Assembly (NCBI GenBank): GCA_951406725.2 | Contig: OX597830.1 | Coordinates: 22,258,001 to 22,322,000, forward strand | Direction: 5' to 3' | From: Octopus vulgaris | Lineage: Eukaryota | Length of the DNA: 64,000 bases | Shown here: positions 60,961 through 64,000 of the stretch, piece after piece | Numbering within the stretch: position 1 is the stretch's first letter | How the letters are laid out: each line of letters opens with the position of its first letter | Translations under genes and position numbers: made by a program | The notes under the pieces: generated by a model | Database searches by the model: none | The model's input: only the letters and a program-made list of their open reading frames with translations | What the model was told of the DNA's origin: nothing

Positions 60961-62606
60961 TCGGATAAGTATAAATTCTTCAGCTTCCCGTCATTTCAAT
61001 TGAAATGTCCATATCAACGAGTAAAAAAAAATTGATTTTTTCATGGTTATGAAAAATTGCCCTTCACATAACCCACAAGACAGTAGCAGTTGCAGATCCC
61101 GAGCTGACGGAAGAAAAAACCCACACAACCCGACTAAATGACAAACGCATACACACACACAAAAGATGCGGTGTACTATCTCGGGATCTTTACCTTTTGA
61201 TGGGCAACTCAATTAATTAATTTTCTTTAACTAAACACTTTGAAACTTTGGATACTGGTAGAATGTGTCATATAGAACATCTTTTACTCTTAGCGTTGTT
61301 GAGAAAAGTTTCTATTTTCGAAGTTATTTCGTGTTAAAGTTGTCGTATTTCGCTAGTCGGATAAACAAATAAATATTTGTAAATAACCTTCCTTCTTGGA
61401 GTTAATTCTTCGATGTTCACTGGTTACTCCGACGCGAGAACCTTGAAGCTACATTTAGTATCGAATTGATATGGCACATCAAATCTAGCCTGCTACACCT
61501 TCCTCTGCTGCTCTTATTTCTTCCAACCAACAATAATTCGACCATATCTCTTCCTGCATTCAGGATAAATATTTCACTTCACCCTCTTTCAAATTATCGT
61601 CTTTGTCTGCAACTCTTCTAGGCTCCCACACTGTCCAGATGAAATAAACATCGGAGACGCTTTGCTCCCATACAGAAACTGGTAGGTGCTACTTAGGTTT
61701 TGCAAGAGTTTCTGAATGCATAGCAATGTAGGAAACCCTCCTTCATCATCAGCAGCTATCTCAGGGTCACAAGCATATCACCCTGTAGCGTGATGAGTAG
61801 CGGAAGAGACAGAAAATTCTCTGTTATATAGGCTAAGGTCAGTAATGTAAGTCAAACCTTAAACAAGGGACTGACTTTTCCTTGACCAGTACAGGTCCTA
61901 GCGGGTGGAGCGTTTCCTCATTAATCATCTAGTGTGGAGGATTTCCCGCTCGTTTTGATAAGCAACAAGCCGGTGGATTTGGTTTCAAATTTCAGGCAGG
62001 GTCAGGCTAGACCTCTACAAAGGTGTATTTAGAGATGTGTGAGTGGTCAGTATTTCATCAGTCTTCGGTTTTGAATTCCTCATCTGTGCCTTCATCTTAC
62101 AATTGTCATTCTGTGTTTCTTTTGTGGTATTTCGGAATCCAGCCTGTTAACTGTTTCGTCCTTCATCCTCTAGACATGTCCAGCTGAATTCAATTTCATC
62201 GATTACCAAATGTAACAACAATTTCTTTTATTATTTGTCGATGTAAGGCAGCGAGCCACAGAATCGTCAGAGCCTCGGACAAAATGTTTAGGGGCATTTC
62301 TTTTGACTTCACTTTCTGAATTCAAATTCTGCTTTGTCTTTTTTTCCCATTTTTCTTTTCGTGGCTGATAAAATATGTACCACTAGCTTGATGGAATTGA
62401 CTAACCTGCTCCTCTAAAACTACTGACCAAAGTTCGAAACTATTATTTGCCTATTTAGAACGTCACTAGTTCCTTTGGATTCTACTCATTTACGATATCA
62501 TTTAGTTATGTTTTGTTCTCTGATACATTTAATTGCTTCATTGTCCTTTCGCCTTATTCCACATGGATTATATTGGTGGTCTTGCTTGTTAATTATTTGT
62601 TTACTA

Positions 62607-62826
62607 CCCACAAAGGGTTAAACATAGAGGGGACAAACAAGGACAGACAAACGGATTAAGTCGGTTATATCGACCCCAGTGCGTAACTGGTACTTAATTT
62701 ATCGACCCCGAAAGGATGAAAGGTAAAGTCGACCTCGGCGGAATTCGAACTCAGAACGTAATGCCAGACGAAATACGGCTACGCATTTCGCCCGGCGTGC
62801 TAACGTTTCTGCCAGCTTGCCGCCTT
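62607..62826 (-). mobile_element. Young tRNA-derived SINE
   Basis: Minus strand aaggcggcaagctggcagaaacgttagcacgccgggc...ctgagttcgaattccgccgaggtcgac; CpGs intact. Confidence 0.85.
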
Positions 62827-64000
62827 CTTGGTTGTTAGTTGTTTTGTAGATGTTGCAGTCATTGTAAAACTCTGCTTTTTTTTTTAATAATTGAACTTCC
62901 TCTCTTGAAGGTCTGAAAACTTAAAGTAATTCGTCGATTAATTTCCTATTTGTATTGTTGTAATTGACTAAAGTAATTTATTTTAAGGGCTATTTTAAAA
63001 TTCTACTTTAAGTGGCAATTTTATTTCTCAGTTTCTTTCATTCCCCATTCCCAAATTTGCTTTTCAATTAGTTACCGTTGTAACTACCTAATTATTTCCC
63101 CTTTGTTAATTTGGTTGCTAGTGACCACTAGAGTGCGATGTCACATTGTTATTACAACATGTCAGCGCTTTAACACTGATTTAAGATTAATTCCTCTGTG
63201 TAATATATTCATATTTATTATGAAATGATGTTCTGTTACAACACTTCTAACGTCGATACACCCTGTGAATAAGCACACATCTCTTCGTAGCAAGTACTAT
63301 TAATGAATATATGGCAACGGCCGATTATGTCTCTTCAACAGATAAAACAAAACACATTTCTAAGTAAGACAAACTTTTTACCAAATTTTTACCTCTTCGC
63401 ACTTTTGGTAGATTTTAAAGCTTTGGGTTAAAACCAAAGGGGCCTTAAGTTTTGTAATATCGGAGTACAAAAATTAGAGGCGGTAATGGAAGCGAAACGT
63501 TTATATTTTTTATTGTAAGAAAGTCAACATTGAGGTAATCTTTACAAAGAAAACATTCTACGTACCCGAAGAGCTAAAGAATAAAACTGTATTTAAAATA
63601 CAAAGATTTAGGGGGGAAAATGTTCGTAATAATTTGTCCGGTGCAGTTTTCCTTTCTTTGATAACATTTATTGCTGGGATTTAATGCAAAACATTCGGAC
63701 TGTATTTCAAATTATGATTAAAAAAAAAAAAAAAACTCGACAAACTGAAAATTCCCACGTGTAGAATACAAATTCGCAAAAAATTTCCTAAAAATTCTGA
63801 AAAGCAAAACGTTATGAGGGGAAATATGACATGCTTAAATCAGAATTCCGCCATTTCAAAGTTTGAATTAGCCGCCTTTTTTCAGGTTGTGTAAACTCAA
63901 CTTTCACCTCCCGCCACACTGCTATCCTCACGATACTCAAATATTTTGTCTTAGCTCTAGGTCAACCTTAATCAAATAGACTTTTGATCAAAGCATTCCA

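Overview
AT-rich, intron-rich animal DNA. The SINE families, the RTE-type (GAT)n tails and the microsatellites resemble Octopus/coleoid cephalopod sequence; this is an inference. The window holds two head-to-tail, plus-strand copies of a SAFB/SLTM-like (scaffold attachment factor B) RNA-binding protein gene, reconstructed by hand from splice sites and reading phase. Copy 1 (1-20971) is 5'-truncated by the window edge. Copy 2 (27057-53738) is complete. Copy 2 has a canonical SAFB RRM, but its SAP DNA-binding exon is decayed (CTG at the expected start, a +1 frameshift, and a later in-frame TAA directly followed by ATG), leaving an open ~842-aa SAP-less frame. Copy 1 is open throughout, yet its RRM is only ~42% identical to copy 2, almost entirely through non-synonymous change, while other exons and introns are far more similar. 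This points to accelerated or adaptive divergence of RNA-binding specificity. Both copies share an internal exon duplication and a probable C-terminal frameshift. They also show reciprocal in-frame exon losses and a likely gene-conversion tract. The rest is SINEs, RTE/Hero LINE fragments, Tc1/mariner, Helitron, hAT/piggyBac-like MITEs, long inverted repeats and a Gypsy remnant. All counts were made by eye and should be confirmed computationally.
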